Source of the DNA: an uncultured bacterium | Lineage (GTDB): Bacteria > Actinomycetota > Acidimicrobiia > Acidimicrobiales > VFJN01 | DNA length: 64,000 bases | Direction of reading: 5' to 3' | Assembly (NCBI GenBank): GCA_963813485.1 | Contig: CAWEZE010000023.1 | Location: 52,690-116,689, forward strand | Shown: positions 54,330-63,977 of the stretch, piece after piece | Position numbering within the stretch: the stretch's first letter is position 1 | How the letters are laid out: each line of letters starts with the position of its first letter | Notes under the pieces: model-generated | Databases searched by the model: none | Seen by the model: only the letters and a program-made list of their open reading frames with translations | What the model was told of the DNA's origin: nothing | Translations under genes and position numbers: made by a program

Positions 54330-56063
54330 ATGCATGCCGCCGCCGAGCCGTCAACCGACAGCGTCGACCCAGGCCGCCGTTCGAGCGGCTTTGCCGTCGA
54401 GGTGCTCGAGGTCACGCAGATCACGCAGGGCCGCACCACGCTGCACGACGTCTCGTTCTCGGTGGCGACCGGCGAGGTCGTCGCGATCGTCGGGGGCAGC
54501 GGCGCAGGGAAGACGACGCTGCTCGAGACCATGGTCGGCATCCGGCGGCCGGCCGCGGGCGAGGTGCGCATCGCACGCGCTCATGGCCAGTCGGACGTCG
54601 GCTACGTCCCCCAGGACGACATCATTCACCGGGACCTGCCGCTTGCCCGGACCCTCCGGTACGCAGCACAGCTGCGGCTTCCCGCGGACACGACGCCGGA
54701 CGCAGTGGACCGGACGGTCGACGAGACGCTCGCCGCGCTCGACCTCGCCGAGCGCGAGACCGTGCGCGTCGGGTCGCTGTCAGGTGGGCAGCGCAAGCGG
54801 GCGAGCATCGCGGTGGAGATGCTCACCCGCCCCGCGATCTTCTTCCTGGACGAGCCGACGTCCGGCCTCGACCCGGCTACTGCCCGCGAGGTGCTGAGGC
54901 TCCTCCGCCGCCTGGCGGGTGGCGGTGCGACGATCGTGCTCACCACGCACAGCCCCACGGACATCGACCTGTGCGACCGGATCGTGTTCCTCGCCCGCGA
55001 TGGTTACCTGGCCTTCGTGGGGACACCCGCCGAGGCGCGGCGACACTTCGCGACCGGCGACCTCACCGTCGCCTACGAGCGCCTCGCGCTCGAGGACACC
55101 CCCGAAACATGGGCACAGCGGTTCGCTTCGGTCCGGCGGCGCAGCCACGGCCACGATGCCTGGCACGTGTCCGGTACGTCGACGCGGGTGCCAGAGCCGT
55201 CCGTCCTGAACCAGCCCGGCCGGTCCGGCCGACGTGAGCCGCGGTCCCACCGGCGAGCGGGACCGCTCCGCCAGTGGGCCGTGCTCACCCGACGCAGCGC
55301 CGACCTCCTGGTCCGGAACCGGCTGACCCTGGCTGTGCTCGTGGGGTCGCCGGCGCTGGTGATTGCGATGATGGCCGTGCTGTTCCGCCCGGGTGCGTTC
55401 GACGGCGCGGCCGCGTCGTCGGGCGAGGCGACCCAGACGGTGTTCTGGCTGGCGTTCGCCGGATTCTTCTTCGGCCTGACCTACGGGCTGCTCCAGATCG
55501 TCGGCGAGATGTCCATCCTCCGGAGGGAGCGGCTGGCGGGCCTGAACCTGGCGGCGTACGTCGGTGCGAAGGTGGCCGTGCTCACGCCGGTCCTCCTCGT
55601 GGTGGCCGGTGGGATGCTCGCCGTGCTCCGCGCCCTCGACCGGTTGCCGTCGGCGGGCGGGAGGGTCTACGCCGCGCTCCTCGTCACCCTCACGCTGGAG
55701 GCGCTGGCCGCGCTGGCCCTCGGACTGCTTGCCTCGGCCGCGGTGACCGACGCGGCGCAGGCCACGTTGGCGCTGCCCATGCTGTGCTTCCCGCAGGTCC
55801 TGTTCGCAGGGGCGATCGTCCCCGTCCCCGACATGGCGGACCCGGGCCGAGCGATCAGTGTGGGGCTGGCCAACCGGTGGGCGTTCGAGTCGCTCGGGCG
55901 GGCCCTCGACCTCGACCGGCTGCTCGCCCCCGTGTCACCGTCGTCGGCCCACCAAGCCGCGTTCGCTGGGAGCCCGGTCGAGGGGTGGGCCGTGTTGGCG
56001 TGCTTCGTCGTGCTGCTGCTCGGGGCCACGGTCGCCGTGCTGCATCGGCGGGCGCCGGCCTGA
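54330..56063 (+). CDS. ABC transporter, fused ATP-binding and ABC-2-type permease domains
   Basis: ATG 54330 lies inside track ORF 54132..56063 (577 aa). Motifs: GGSGAGKTTLL, LSGGQRKRASIA, IFFLDEPTSGLD. The C-terminal half has six hydrophobic helices. Confidence 0.85.
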   Translation: MHAAAEPSTDSVDPGRRSSGFAVEVLEVTQITQGRTTLHDVSFSVATGEVVAIVGGSGAGKTTLLETMVGIRRPAAGEVRIARAHGQSDVGYVPQDDIIHRDLPLARTLRYAAQLRLPADTTPDAVDRTVDETLAALDLAERETVRVGSLSGGQRKRASIAVEMLTRPAIFFLDEPTSGLDPATAREVLRLLRRLAGGGATIVLTTHSPTDIDLCDRIVFLARDGYLAFVGTPAEARRHFATGDLTVAYERLALEDTPETWAQRFASVRRRSHGHDAWHVSGTSTRVPEPSVLNQPGRSGRREPRSHRRAGPLRQWAVLTRRSADLLVRNRLTLAVLVGSPALVIAMMAVLFRPGAFDGAAASSGEATQTVFWLAFAGFFFGLTYGLLQIVGEMSILRRERLAGLNLAAYVGAKVAVLTPVLLVVAGGMLAVLRALDRLPSAGGRVYAALLVTLTLEALAALALGLLASAAVTDAAQATLALPMLCFPQVLFAGAIVPVPDMADPGRAISVGLANRWAFESLGRALDLDRLLAPVSPSSAHQAAFAGSPVEGWAVLACFVVLLLGATVAVLHRRAPA

Positions 56064-56188
56064 GCTCCGTCGAGCGCCGGTCCGAACCGGCGAGGTGCCG
56101 ATCGACCCGACCCGACGAGGCGGTCGGCACCGGCCGCCGGTGACCGGTCGGCCGACGACGGACGGGGGTACCCACGACGTTCACGGGG

Positions 56189-58843
56189 ATGTGCGCTACG
56201 GCTGCGTGCGAACATGATGACGTGCGGGTGGCGTTCTCCGATTGTGAGCTGGACGTCGGGGGGCACGAGCTCCGGCGGGCGGGACAGGTGGTGGCACTCG
56301 AACCGCAGGTGTTCGACGTGCTCGCCTACCTGGCGCGCAACGGCGACCGGCTGGTGACCAAGAACGAGCTGCTCGACGAGATCTGGGGTGACCGGTTCGT
56401 GTCCGAGTCGGCGCTTACGAGCCGCATCAAGTCGGCTCGGCGCGCTGTCGGCGACACGGGCCGCGATCAGCGCATCATCCGCACGATCCATGGTCGTGGC
56501 TACCGCTTCGTGGCGACGATCGAGGACGCGACGATAAGGGAGACGTCGACCGAGGTCTCAGGCATCGTCTCCCACTCCGCCGAGGGCGCTGCACCCGTCC
56601 GCACCGTCGCCTCCGGCGCCCGCGATTCACCGCGTGACGCCGAGCGCGCCACCGACGATCGGGCGGCCGAGCTGGTCGGCGCCCTCGGCGGCGGTCAGGG
56701 CCAATTGCTCGACATCGAGGGCCCGCACGCCTCACGCAAGACCGCCCTGATCGACCAGTCGGTCGATCTCGCCACCGCCCGCGGGTACCTGGTCGGGACG
56801 GGGAGCGCGGCCGGGACCGGGGCGCGAACCTTCGGGTGCGTGCTGGATGCCGTCGACGAACTGGTCCAGCGGGAGGCGGCACTGGTCGACCACCTGCCGC
56901 CGGGAGCCAGGGCCGAGCTCGAGCGCTGCCTGGCAGGCGGGAGCCCCACGACGCGTCAACGCCTGTTCGTCGCCGTCCGCGAGCTGGTGGTGCAGGCCGC
57001 GGCGCACCGTCCCACCATGATCGCGCTGGACGACCTGGAGCTCGCCGACGACGACACGCTGGCGCTCGTCCGCCACGTCGCTCGCCTGGCGCACCGGCAC
57101 CGGCTCGCCCTGCTCTGCGCACACCGCCCGGGTCTCGTGCTCGGCCCGGACTTCCGCCGGCTGACCCTCGAGGCACCTGCGGCGGCCGGCGCCACGAACG
57201 GGTTGCACACCGCGCCTGCCGAGGTCCGTGAGGCGCTGGCGCGCGTCGCACTGGGTGGTCCGAGCTTCGACCTGCTCGAGTTCCGGGCCACCTCGGGTGT
57301 CGATGCCGCCCGGGGAGACCGGATGCTCGACTTGGCGCTCGCGAGCGAGGCGATCGTGCCAGTCGTGCACGGTGGCTTCCGATTCACCGACGCGGACGAC
57401 GCTGCCCGCCTCGCCGGGTGGTTGCCACCGCACCGGCGGTCCGAGGTCCACCGGTCAGCCGCCCGCGAGCTCGAGGTCCTGGGGGCGCCACCCGACCGTG
57501 TGGCGACGCACCTGCTGGCGGCCGGGGACCGCGAGGCAGCAGTACCGCCGGGACTAGAGGCGGCGCGCCGCGTGGCCGCAGCGCAGCTCTACCTCGAGGT
57601 GCTCCGGTGGACCGCGGCCCTCGTGGATCACGCACCCCGCGCCGAGCGCGTCGAGCTTCTCCGGCTGCGCGGTGACGCCCTCGTGGCGTCGGGCGATCCG
57701 AGTGCGGTGCCTGCCTACCGCATGGCGCTGTCGCTCGCGGCGCCTGATCAGGTCGCCGGCCTGCGCGCCCGCCTGGCGCGGGCCGCGATGGTGTCGGGCG
57801 ACCTGGCGACGGCGACCGAGGCGCTCGACGGGCTGACCCCCGGCGGGGGCCCTGACGACAGCGAGATCCTCGTCGCGCTGGGCATGTTCGCCTACTTCAC
57901 CGGCGATATCGCCGCGGCGCAGCAGATCGTCGAGAACGCCCGCAAGCTGGCCTTGGCCCCGGACGCCCCCAACGTCCTGCTCGACATCATCACGCTCGAG
58001 GGCATGATCGCCCACAACCGGGGGGAGTGGTTCGATCGGCTGCTGCGCGAGTTGCGGGCAACGAGGGAGAGCCCGGCCCTGGCGTCGAAGATCTTCGACT
58101 GCCACATCTGCGTCGCCGAGTACCTCCTGTACGGCCCGACGCCGTACACCGAGGTGGTGGCGCTGGCGCACGAGCTGCGGGCCAACGCCGAGCGGGCGGG
58201 TGCCCGTCGGGCGGTGGCCTTCGCCGCGTGTGTCGCCGGCGAGGCCGAGCTCCTGGCGGGAGATATCGATGCCGCACGGCGGGATCTGCTCGACGCAGTG
58301 GCGTTGCACCGCGAGCTGGGCGCCGAGACCGGGACCGCCCACTCGCTGCAGCGGCTGGCCGAAGCGGAGCTGGCCGCGGGAAACCGCACGGAGGCCGAGC
58401 GAACGGCGCGCGAGGCGCTGGTGCTGGCTCGCTGGTCGCCACTCGCGCGCCACATCCTCCAGCGCACCTACGGGACGCTGGTCTCAGCGGCGCCCGACGC
58501 CGCGTCCGCGTTGGCAGTGGTCGACGAGGCGAGCGAGACGCTCGACGAGCCGGGTTCGTGCCCGTTCTGCGAGGTGATGGTGGCCGTGCCCTCGGCGGTG
58601 GCCTGCGCCGAAGGTGGCCGCCTCGACGAGGCGCGGCACCACCTGGCCGTGGCCGAGGTGTCGGCCTCGCTGTGGGAGGGCACCGCCTGGGAGGGCAGTG
58701 TCACCGAGGCGAAGGCGTGCCTGGCTCGTGTCGAGGGCGACCAGGTCGAGACCGACCGGCTCCTGGCCAGAGCGGCCCGCCTGTTCGACGACGCAGGGCA
58801 GACGCTTGATGCGGCCCGTTGCCGCGAAGCGATCGGGAGCTGA
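56189..58843 (+). CDS. large regulator: N-terminal OmpR/PhoB-type wHTH, central NTPase-like region, C-terminal TPR-like repeats
   Basis: LEPQVFDVLAYLARNGDRLVTKNELLDEIWGDRFVSESALTSRIKSARRAV...IRTIHGRGYRF. The Walker-A position reads GPHASRKT (degenerate). An alternative start is GTG 56222. Confidence 0.8.
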   Translation: MCATAACEHDDVRVAFSDCELDVGGHELRRAGQVVALEPQVFDVLAYLARNGDRLVTKNELLDEIWGDRFVSESALTSRIKSARRAVGDTGRDQRIIRTIHGRGYRFVATIEDATIRETSTEVSGIVSHSAEGAAPVRTVASGARDSPRDAERATDDRAAELVGALGGGQGQLLDIEGPHASRKTALIDQSVDLATARGYLVGTGSAAGTGARTFGCVLDAVDELVQREAALVDHLPPGARAELERCLAGGSPTTRQRLFVAVRELVVQAAAHRPTMIALDDLELADDDTLALVRHVARLAHRHRLALLCAHRPGLVLGPDFRRLTLEAPAAAGATNGLHTAPAEVREALARVALGGPSFDLLEFRATSGVDAARGDRMLDLALASEAIVPVVHGGFRFTDADDAARLAGWLPPHRRSEVHRSAARELEVLGAPPDRVATHLLAAGDREAAVPPGLEAARRVAAAQLYLEVLRWTAALVDHAPRAERVELLRLRGDALVASGDPSAVPAYRMALSLAAPDQVAGLRARLARAAMVSGDLATATEALDGLTPGGGPDDSEILVALGMFAYFTGDIAAAQQIVENARKLALAPDAPNVLLDIITLEGMIAHNRGEWFDRLLRELRATRESPALASKIFDCHICVAEYLLYGPTPYTEVVALAHELRANAERAGARRAVAFAACVAGEAELLAGDIDAARRDLLDAVALHRELGAETGTAHSLQRLAEAELAAGNRTEAERTAREALVLARWSPLARHILQRTYGTLVSAAPDAASALAVVDEASETLDEPGSCPFCEVMVAVPSAVACAEGGRLDEARHHLAVAEVSASLWEGTAWEGSVTEAKACLARVEGDQVETDRLLARAARLFDDAGQTLDAARCREAIGS

Positions 58844-58926
58844 AGGGACGGACCATGGAGTACGGCGCCCACCTGCCCCTGAGCGGCTTCAGCGGGCACC
58901 CGTGCTCACCTGCACGATTCCTTCTT

Positions 58927-58963
58927 GGCGGGGAGTCTGAACCCACGACCTTCGGGTTATGAG
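58927..58963 (-). other. degenerate 3'-half of an initiator-type tRNA-Met(CAT) (pseudo-tRNA / att-like remnant)
   Basis: The minus strand reads GCTCATAACCCGAAGGTCGTGGGTTCAGACTCCCCGCC. It has the anticodon loop CTCATAA, a GGTTCA T-loop start and a CCCCGC acceptor side. The 5' half and the 3' T-stem are missing. Confidence 0.4.
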
Positions 58964-59871
58964 CGCTGATCACGGCTGGCCCGGGCAGCGATCGTCGGGT
59001 CCCCCGCCGTGGGCGCCCCGGCCCGGGGCCGGGCGGCGGCGTCGCAGGTCAGGTCGGTGTCCCACAGCCGAACGCCGCCGAGGATTCCGGCGACGTTGTC
59101 GACCAGCTCGACTGTCGGGCCGAGGTCGACGGTGACCCGCCGAGAGTTGCCACCCCCGATGTAGAGGCGGTCGAAGCACAACAGGACATCCAGGGTGCGC
59201 ACCGCGCGGGCCACCCGCCGGTTCCACCGGGCGTTCCCGACACGCCTACGGGCAGCGTCGCCCACCACCTCGTCGTAGGTCCTGTCCTTGCGGAACGGGT
59301 GCTGGCCCAACTCGAGGTGAGGGGCGAGCCGCCCATCGAGGAACAGCCCCGTGCCACACCCGGTGCCCAGCGTGACGATCAGCTCCAGGCCCCGGCCCCG
59401 CACAACAGCGGCACCCTGCATCTCGGCGTCGTTCACCACCCGGGTGGGCGCCCCGAGGGCCTCCTCCAGCGCCCCGGCGAGATCGACGCCCGCCCAGGCG
59501 CGACGCAGGTCGGACGAGACCTTGGATCCCGGCCCTGCGACCCGGGACAGGTTCGGCGCGGACAGCACGCACCCGCTGCGGACCATGCCCGGGATCCCGA
59601 CCGACACCCGCTCATACGACGGTAGCGGGGCGACCAGGTCGCTCAGCGCATTCACCAGGACCTCGGGCGGGCACGGATACGGCGTCGGCACCCGAGCCCG
59701 GTCGCTGATCATGGCACCTGCCGCATCGAGCACCGCCGCCTTCAGTCCAGACCCGCCCACGTCGATGGCCAGCGTCCGCGTGCCGTCCCCCGGCACGCCA
59801 CCGGGATCGCCGGATGCAGCGGTGCCCGCGCCACCAGGCAATATCACGTCGTGCGTGTCCTTCGTCGTCAC
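58957..59871 (-). CDS. ppgK: ROK-family kinase, polyphosphate glucokinase-like
   Basis: GTG 59871 overlaps the GH15 stop (GTGA). It reads TLAIDVGGSGLKAAVLDAAG...VNDAEMQG...TLGTGCGTG (304 aa). Confidence 0.75.
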   Translation of the reverse strand: MTTKDTHDVILPGGAGTAASGDPGGVPGDGTRTLAIDVGGSGLKAAVLDAAGAMISDRARVPTPYPCPPEVLVNALSDLVAPLPSYERVSVGIPGMVRSGCVLSAPNLSRVAGPGSKVSSDLRRAWAGVDLAGALEEALGAPTRVVNDAEMQGAAVVRGRGLELIVTLGTGCGTGLFLDGRLAPHLELGQHPFRKDRTYDEVVGDAARRRVGNARWNRRVARAVRTLDVLLCFDRLYIGGGNSRRVTVDLGPTVELVDNVAGILGGVRLWDTDLTCDAAARPRAGAPTAGDPTIAARASRDQRS

Positions 59872-61715
59872 GTGCCTCTGCCCTGCCGTTCGGCCTCGGC
59901 GATCGCCCAAGCGGCGTTCACCAGCCCGATGTGGCTGAACGCCTGCGGGAAGTTTCCGAGGAGCTCCCCGGTGTTGGCGTCGACCTCTTCCGACAGGAGG
60001 CCGACGTCGTTCACGAACGCGGCGGCGGCCTCGAAGGTCGTGCGGGCCCGGTCGAGGTCGCCGGCCAGCGCCTGGGCATGGGCCAGCCAGAACGTGCACA
60101 GGAGGAACGTGCCCTCCTCGCCCTCGAGGCCGTCGGCGGCGAGATAGCGGTAGACCAGTCCGCGCTCGTCGGTGAGGCGTGCCGCGGTGGCGGCGATCGT
60201 CGCCCGCATCCGAGGATCGTCGGCGGGGATGAACCCGACGATGGACATCATGAGGTTCGAGGCGTCGAGGTCGCCGCCGCCGAAGGACTGGGTGAACGCG
60301 CCGATCTCGTCGTTCCAGCCCCGGGTCATGATCGCGTCGGCGATCTCGTCGCGGGTCGCCTTCCACCGGTCGACACGGTCGAGCGCATCCAGACGGTCGG
60401 CGAGCGTGATCGCCCGGTCGAGCGCCACCCAGCACATCAGCTTGGAGTACAGGAAGTGGCGGGGTTCGCCCCGGATCTCCCAGATGCCCTGGTCCTTCTC
60501 CTGCCAGCAGGCAGCGGCGGTGTCGGCCAGGTCGGCGAGGAACCGGCGGGTGGCGGGCCCGAGCCGGTCGAGCTGCTCCGGCAGCCGGTGGGCGGCGTCG
60601 AGCAGCTCGCCGTACACGTCGAGCTGGCGCTGGTTCCACGCGCCATTGCCGATGCGCACCGGCGCGCTGCTCCGCCAACCGGACAGGTGGCCAAGCTCGC
60701 GCTCGGTCAGATCGTGCTCGCCCCCGATGCCGAACACGATCTGGAGGTCGGCGCCCTGGCGGACCTGCGACGCCGCGGTGCCCGCCACGTAGTCGAAGAA
60801 CTTGTCGGCCTCGTCGGGACAGGCGGCGACCCACAGCGCCTGGAGCGTGAACGACGCGTCGCGCACCCACGCGTAGCGGTAGTCCCAGTTGCGCGAGCCG
60901 CCCGGAGCCTCGGGGAGCGACGTCGTGGGCGCGGCCACAATGGCGCCGGTGGGAAAGTAGGTCAGCCCGTACAGCAACCGGCCGCTCAGGTGTACGAGGT
61001 CGGCCCACGGGCCGTCGTAGCGCTGGTGGTGGCTCGACCAGGTGCGCCACGCCTCGGCAGTGTCGTCCAGCCGGTCGCGGACCTCCATCTGCGTCCAGAG
61101 GTGGGGCCGTTCCTCGGACGTGGTCCGGTGGTGCAGTGCGAAGGACAGCGCCTCGCCCGACCGGACCGTGAAACGGGCCCGGGCGGTGAACTCGTCGGTC
61201 TCGAGGGGCACCGGCGACGACAGCGCCAGCACATCGGCCCCACCCCGGGCGGTGACCCCGCCGTCGACCAGCTGCAGCACCGGCGAGACGAGCCCGTACT
61301 CGGGCCGCGGCGCGTAGGCCAGGTCCAGGTCCACCGACCCGGCGACACCGACCACCCGGCGCAGCACGGTGCCGACCGCGCCGGCGCCGAGGTCGTGACC
61401 CCGTTCGTTGCGACCGACCGCCAGCCCGTCGGTGAGCATCACCGAGCCCCCGGCCGTGGTGAACGTCGTCTCCAGCAGCAGGGTGTCGTCCACGTACCGG
61501 CGCGTTGTCTCGAACGGCGTCCCGTCGACGGGGCGGATCGACCAATGCCCGGCAGCGTCGTCGAGGATGCGCCCGAACACCGACGGGCCGTCGAAGCGAG
61601 GGAAGCACAGCCAGTCGATCGAGCCGCCCAAGCTCACCAGCGCCGCGGAACGGCAGTCGGATAGCAGCGCGTAGTCAGAGATGGGAAGTCGGCTCACTGG
61701 TGCACCCGCCCCCAT
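59868..61715 (-). CDS. glycoside hydrolase family 15 protein (glucoamylase/trehalase-like)
   Basis: 615 aa: ISDYALLSDCRSAALVS..GSIDWLCFPRFD, NWDYRYAWVRDASF, CTFWLA. Confidence 0.9.
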   Translation of the reverse strand: MGAGAPVSRLPISDYALLSDCRSAALVSLGGSIDWLCFPRFDGPSVFGRILDDAAGHWSIRPVDGTPFETTRRYVDDTLLLETTFTTAGGSVMLTDGLAVGRNERGHDLGAGAVGTVLRRVVGVAGSVDLDLAYAPRPEYGLVSPVLQLVDGGVTARGGADVLALSSPVPLETDEFTARARFTVRSGEALSFALHHRTTSEERPHLWTQMEVRDRLDDTAEAWRTWSSHHQRYDGPWADLVHLSGRLLYGLTYFPTGAIVAAPTTSLPEAPGGSRNWDYRYAWVRDASFTLQALWVAACPDEADKFFDYVAGTAASQVRQGADLQIVFGIGGEHDLTERELGHLSGWRSSAPVRIGNGAWNQRQLDVYGELLDAAHRLPEQLDRLGPATRRFLADLADTAAACWQEKDQGIWEIRGEPRHFLYSKLMCWVALDRAITLADRLDALDRVDRWKATRDEIADAIMTRGWNDEIGAFTQSFGGGDLDASNLMMSIVGFIPADDPRMRATIAATAARLTDERGLVYRYLAADGLEGEEGTFLLCTFWLAHAQALAGDLDRARTTFEAAAAFVNDVGLLSEEVDANTGELLGNFPQAFSHIGLVNAAWAIAEAERQGRGT

Positions 61716-61788
61716 GATTCCCCATCTGTGGCCGATCGGTGAATCGATGCTCCGGTGGACGGACCAGGGGCATCGCTTGCCGGCAGGG

Positions 61789-62487
61789 CTAGTGGGTGGG
61801 CGCGACCTTCGTGAACTCGGTCTCGATGCCGGCTCGGAGGTCGGCCAGGAGAGCGGCGCGGGCCCGGTGCTTGCTGGCTGCGTGTGCGGATGCGTCGAGC
61901 GTCAGGAACGACGCCGCGACCTCCTGGGCGACGGGCACAACGGCGTCGGGGTCCACGAGCCGGTCGAGCAGACCCACCTCGACCGCCTCGCGCGGTGTGA
62001 ACACCTCGGCCAGGCCCACCGCACGGTCCAAGCTCGAGGGTGAGAGCCGGTAACGGAGGATTGCGAGCGCCGGATACGGCATGGGCAGGCCGATAGCTAC
62101 CTCGTTGGCCTGGAGTTTGAAGTCACCTGTGGCGCCGATCCGGTAGTCGCCCGAGCAGAGGAGGAACAGACCCATGGCCACGGCGTGGCCGGTACAGGCC
62201 GCAACGATCGGGTGGGTAAAGCTCAAGAGACGCTCGGCCAGCTCGAACCCGCCCCGGAGCATGAGTCCGGCCTCTGCCCCACCGGCGCCGAGCACGCCGA
62301 GATCGAAGCCGCCCGAGAACCGACCCGGGCGTCCCGCGAGGACGACTGCGCCCACCGAGTCGGACTCGGCTAGATCGAACGCCGCGCCGAGTTCATCGAG
62401 CATTGCCGGCGAGAGCGCGTTGGCCTTGCCGTCGTCCATCGTGATCGTGGCGACGGCGGCTTCGACGGTGTAGCTGAGCAGGGTCAC
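61789..62487 (-). CDS. enoyl-CoA hydratase/isomerase (crotonase) family protein
   Basis: GTG 62487 (GTGA overlap with the upstream gene). It reads VATITMDDGKANALSPAML...VLAGRPGRFSGGFDL...ACTGHAVAMG. Confidence 0.85.
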   Translation of the reverse strand: MTLLSYTVEAAVATITMDDGKANALSPAMLDELGAAFDLAESDSVGAVVLAGRPGRFSGGFDLGVLGAGGAEAGLMLRGGFELAERLLSFTHPIVAACTGHAVAMGLFLLCSGDYRIGATGDFKLQANEVAIGLPMPYPALAILRYRLSPSSLDRAVGLAEVFTPREAVEVGLLDRLVDPDAVVPVAQEVAASFLTLDASAHAASKHRARAALLADLRAGIETEFTKVAPTH

Positions 62488-63086
62488 GGTGTATCTCCAG
62501 GATCTGCGACCGATGGGGCTGAGGCGCGGGAGAGGACCGGCTTCGACTCCGCGCGGCGCGCGACGACTCTCAGTACCTCGCGACGAATCACGGCAGCGCC
62601 CGGGTGGACGAAGAACCAGTAGGCGGCAAAGGCCCTCCGCGTCCTCGGGTCCGTCGCTAGAACGCGGGTCTCGGTGCTCAGACGTGTGCCCGCCGGGATG
62701 GATTCGAGGCGAAACTCCATCCCGACCTTGATCCATCCGGGTTGCGACCAGGCTCGCAGAGCCGGGACGTCCAGGTCGGGCGGTGTCGATCCTCCCAGCA
62801 GGCGCCAAGCCTGGCTAAGGCCTGCTGAGATCACGAAGTGGGGTCGCTCGGAGACCAGCACCGGAATCGGCGTCACATCGTGAAAGGTGCGTCCGGCCAG
62901 CGGCCGATGCTTCCGGCCGGAGAGCCGGGCGGGTAGGAGTCTCACGGCCTCGAGCGCCCACCCCACGGGAAGCGCTGACATGGTGACTCCGTGCAGCTCG
63001 TCCCACACCACGCTCGGCGGGGCGCCAACGGCACGGGCGTGACACATCCGATGCTGCGGGTTCGGAATCACGTCGTCGAGATTCAT
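62484..63086 (-). CDS. hypothetical protein (possibly SRPBCC-like)
   Basis: 200 aa with normal composition, coupled to the crotonase gene. No confident family call. Confidence 0.5.
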   Translation of the reverse strand: MNLDDVIPNPQHRMCHARAVGAPPSVVWDELHGVTMSALPVGWALEAVRLLPARLSGRKHRPLAGRTFHDVTPIPVLVSERPHFVISAGLSQAWRLLGGSTPPDLDVPALRAWSQPGWIKVGMEFRLESIPAGTRLSTETRVLATDPRTRRAFAAYWFFVHPGAAVIRREVLRVVARRAESKPVLSRASAPSVADPGDTP

Positions 63087-63163
63087 GGCTGGGCGTCATC
63101 GTCCGTCGCCTGTCGGGCGAGGCGCGACTCGATTGCCGATCGTAGGACTCGGCGAGCCGGGCC

Positions 63164-63370
63164 GTGGGGTCCCTGTTCGTCGGGCGGAGCGTCTCGAACC
63201 GCGACCAGGAGCGCCGATGGCGCGTCGAGCGGTTCTATCGTGAGGCGATCGCACATCTCGGCCGCACGCGCGTGCGTATGGAACTGGCCCGCGCGGATCT
63301 CGTCTACGGAGAGTGGCTGCGACGCGAGCACCGGCGCCTCGACGCGCGCGACGCTCCCGTCTCAACGTGA
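63164..63370 (+). pseudogene. fragment of a large LuxR-type ATP-dependent regulator
   Basis: ELARADLVYGEWLRREHRRLDAR matches the conserved ...LLYGEWLRRxxRRxDAR segment that precedes the HTH in that family. It has no N-terminal ATPase and no C-terminal HTH. Confidence 0.35.
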
Positions 63371-63383
63371 AAGGGCTCCCACC

Positions 63384-63977
63384 ATGCGCTCCGACATCGC
63401 ACCCGGCGGCAGGTTCCCGGACTACGAGCTCCCCGATCACACGGACGTCTCCCGCAAGCTCAGCGAGCTGCAGGGCGACGATCCCCTGATCCTCACGCTC
63501 GCGCGCGGCCACTACTGCCCGAAGGAGCACCAGCAGCACCTCGAGCTCGCCGCGTTCTATCCCAAGATTGCCGTGGCCTACACCCAGATCGTCACGATCT
63601 CAACCGACGCCCATCACGAGCTCCAGGAGTTCCGCGCGTCGGTCGGCGCCCAGTGGACCTTCATGTCCGACCCGGAGCGCATCATCCAGAAGGAGCTCGA
63701 TATCCAGGAGTACACCGACCCCGAGCACGACCCGATGATCCCGCACACGCTCGTGCTGAAGCCCGGTCTCGTCATCCACAGCATCTACAACGGCTACTGG
63801 TTCTGGGGGCGTCCCTCGATCGATGACCTGCGCCACGACCTGAGGGCCGTCACGCGCGAGATCCGCCCCGACTGGGACCTCAGCGCCCCCGGGCTGCGCG
63901 ACGCTTGGAACGCGGGCGACCTCTCGCCCTTCCATGGTTGGAACAAGCAGGCCCCTGCAAGCCCGAGCGTCGCATGA
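63384..63977 (+). CDS. AhpC/TSA-family redoxin (peroxiredoxin-like)
   Basis: ATG 63384 lies inside track ORF 62991..63977 (197 aa). It reads FPDYELPDHTDVSRKLSELQGDDPLILTLARGHYCPKEHQQ. Confidence 0.75.
   Translation: MRSDIAPGGRFPDYELPDHTDVSRKLSELQGDDPLILTLARGHYCPKEHQQHLELAAFYPKIAVAYTQIVTISTDAHHELQEFRASVGAQWTFMSDPERIIQKELDIQEYTDPEHDPMIPHTLVLKPGLVIHSIYNGYWFWGRPSIDDLRHDLRAVTREIRPDWDLSAPGLRDAWNAGDLSPFHGWNKQAPASPSVA

Noticed and set aside
58701-58973. 90-aa minus-strand ORF starting MISAHNPKVVGSDSPP.
   Set aside because: It is the translation of the tRNA-like fragment plus the antisense of the regulator's 3' end, not a gene.
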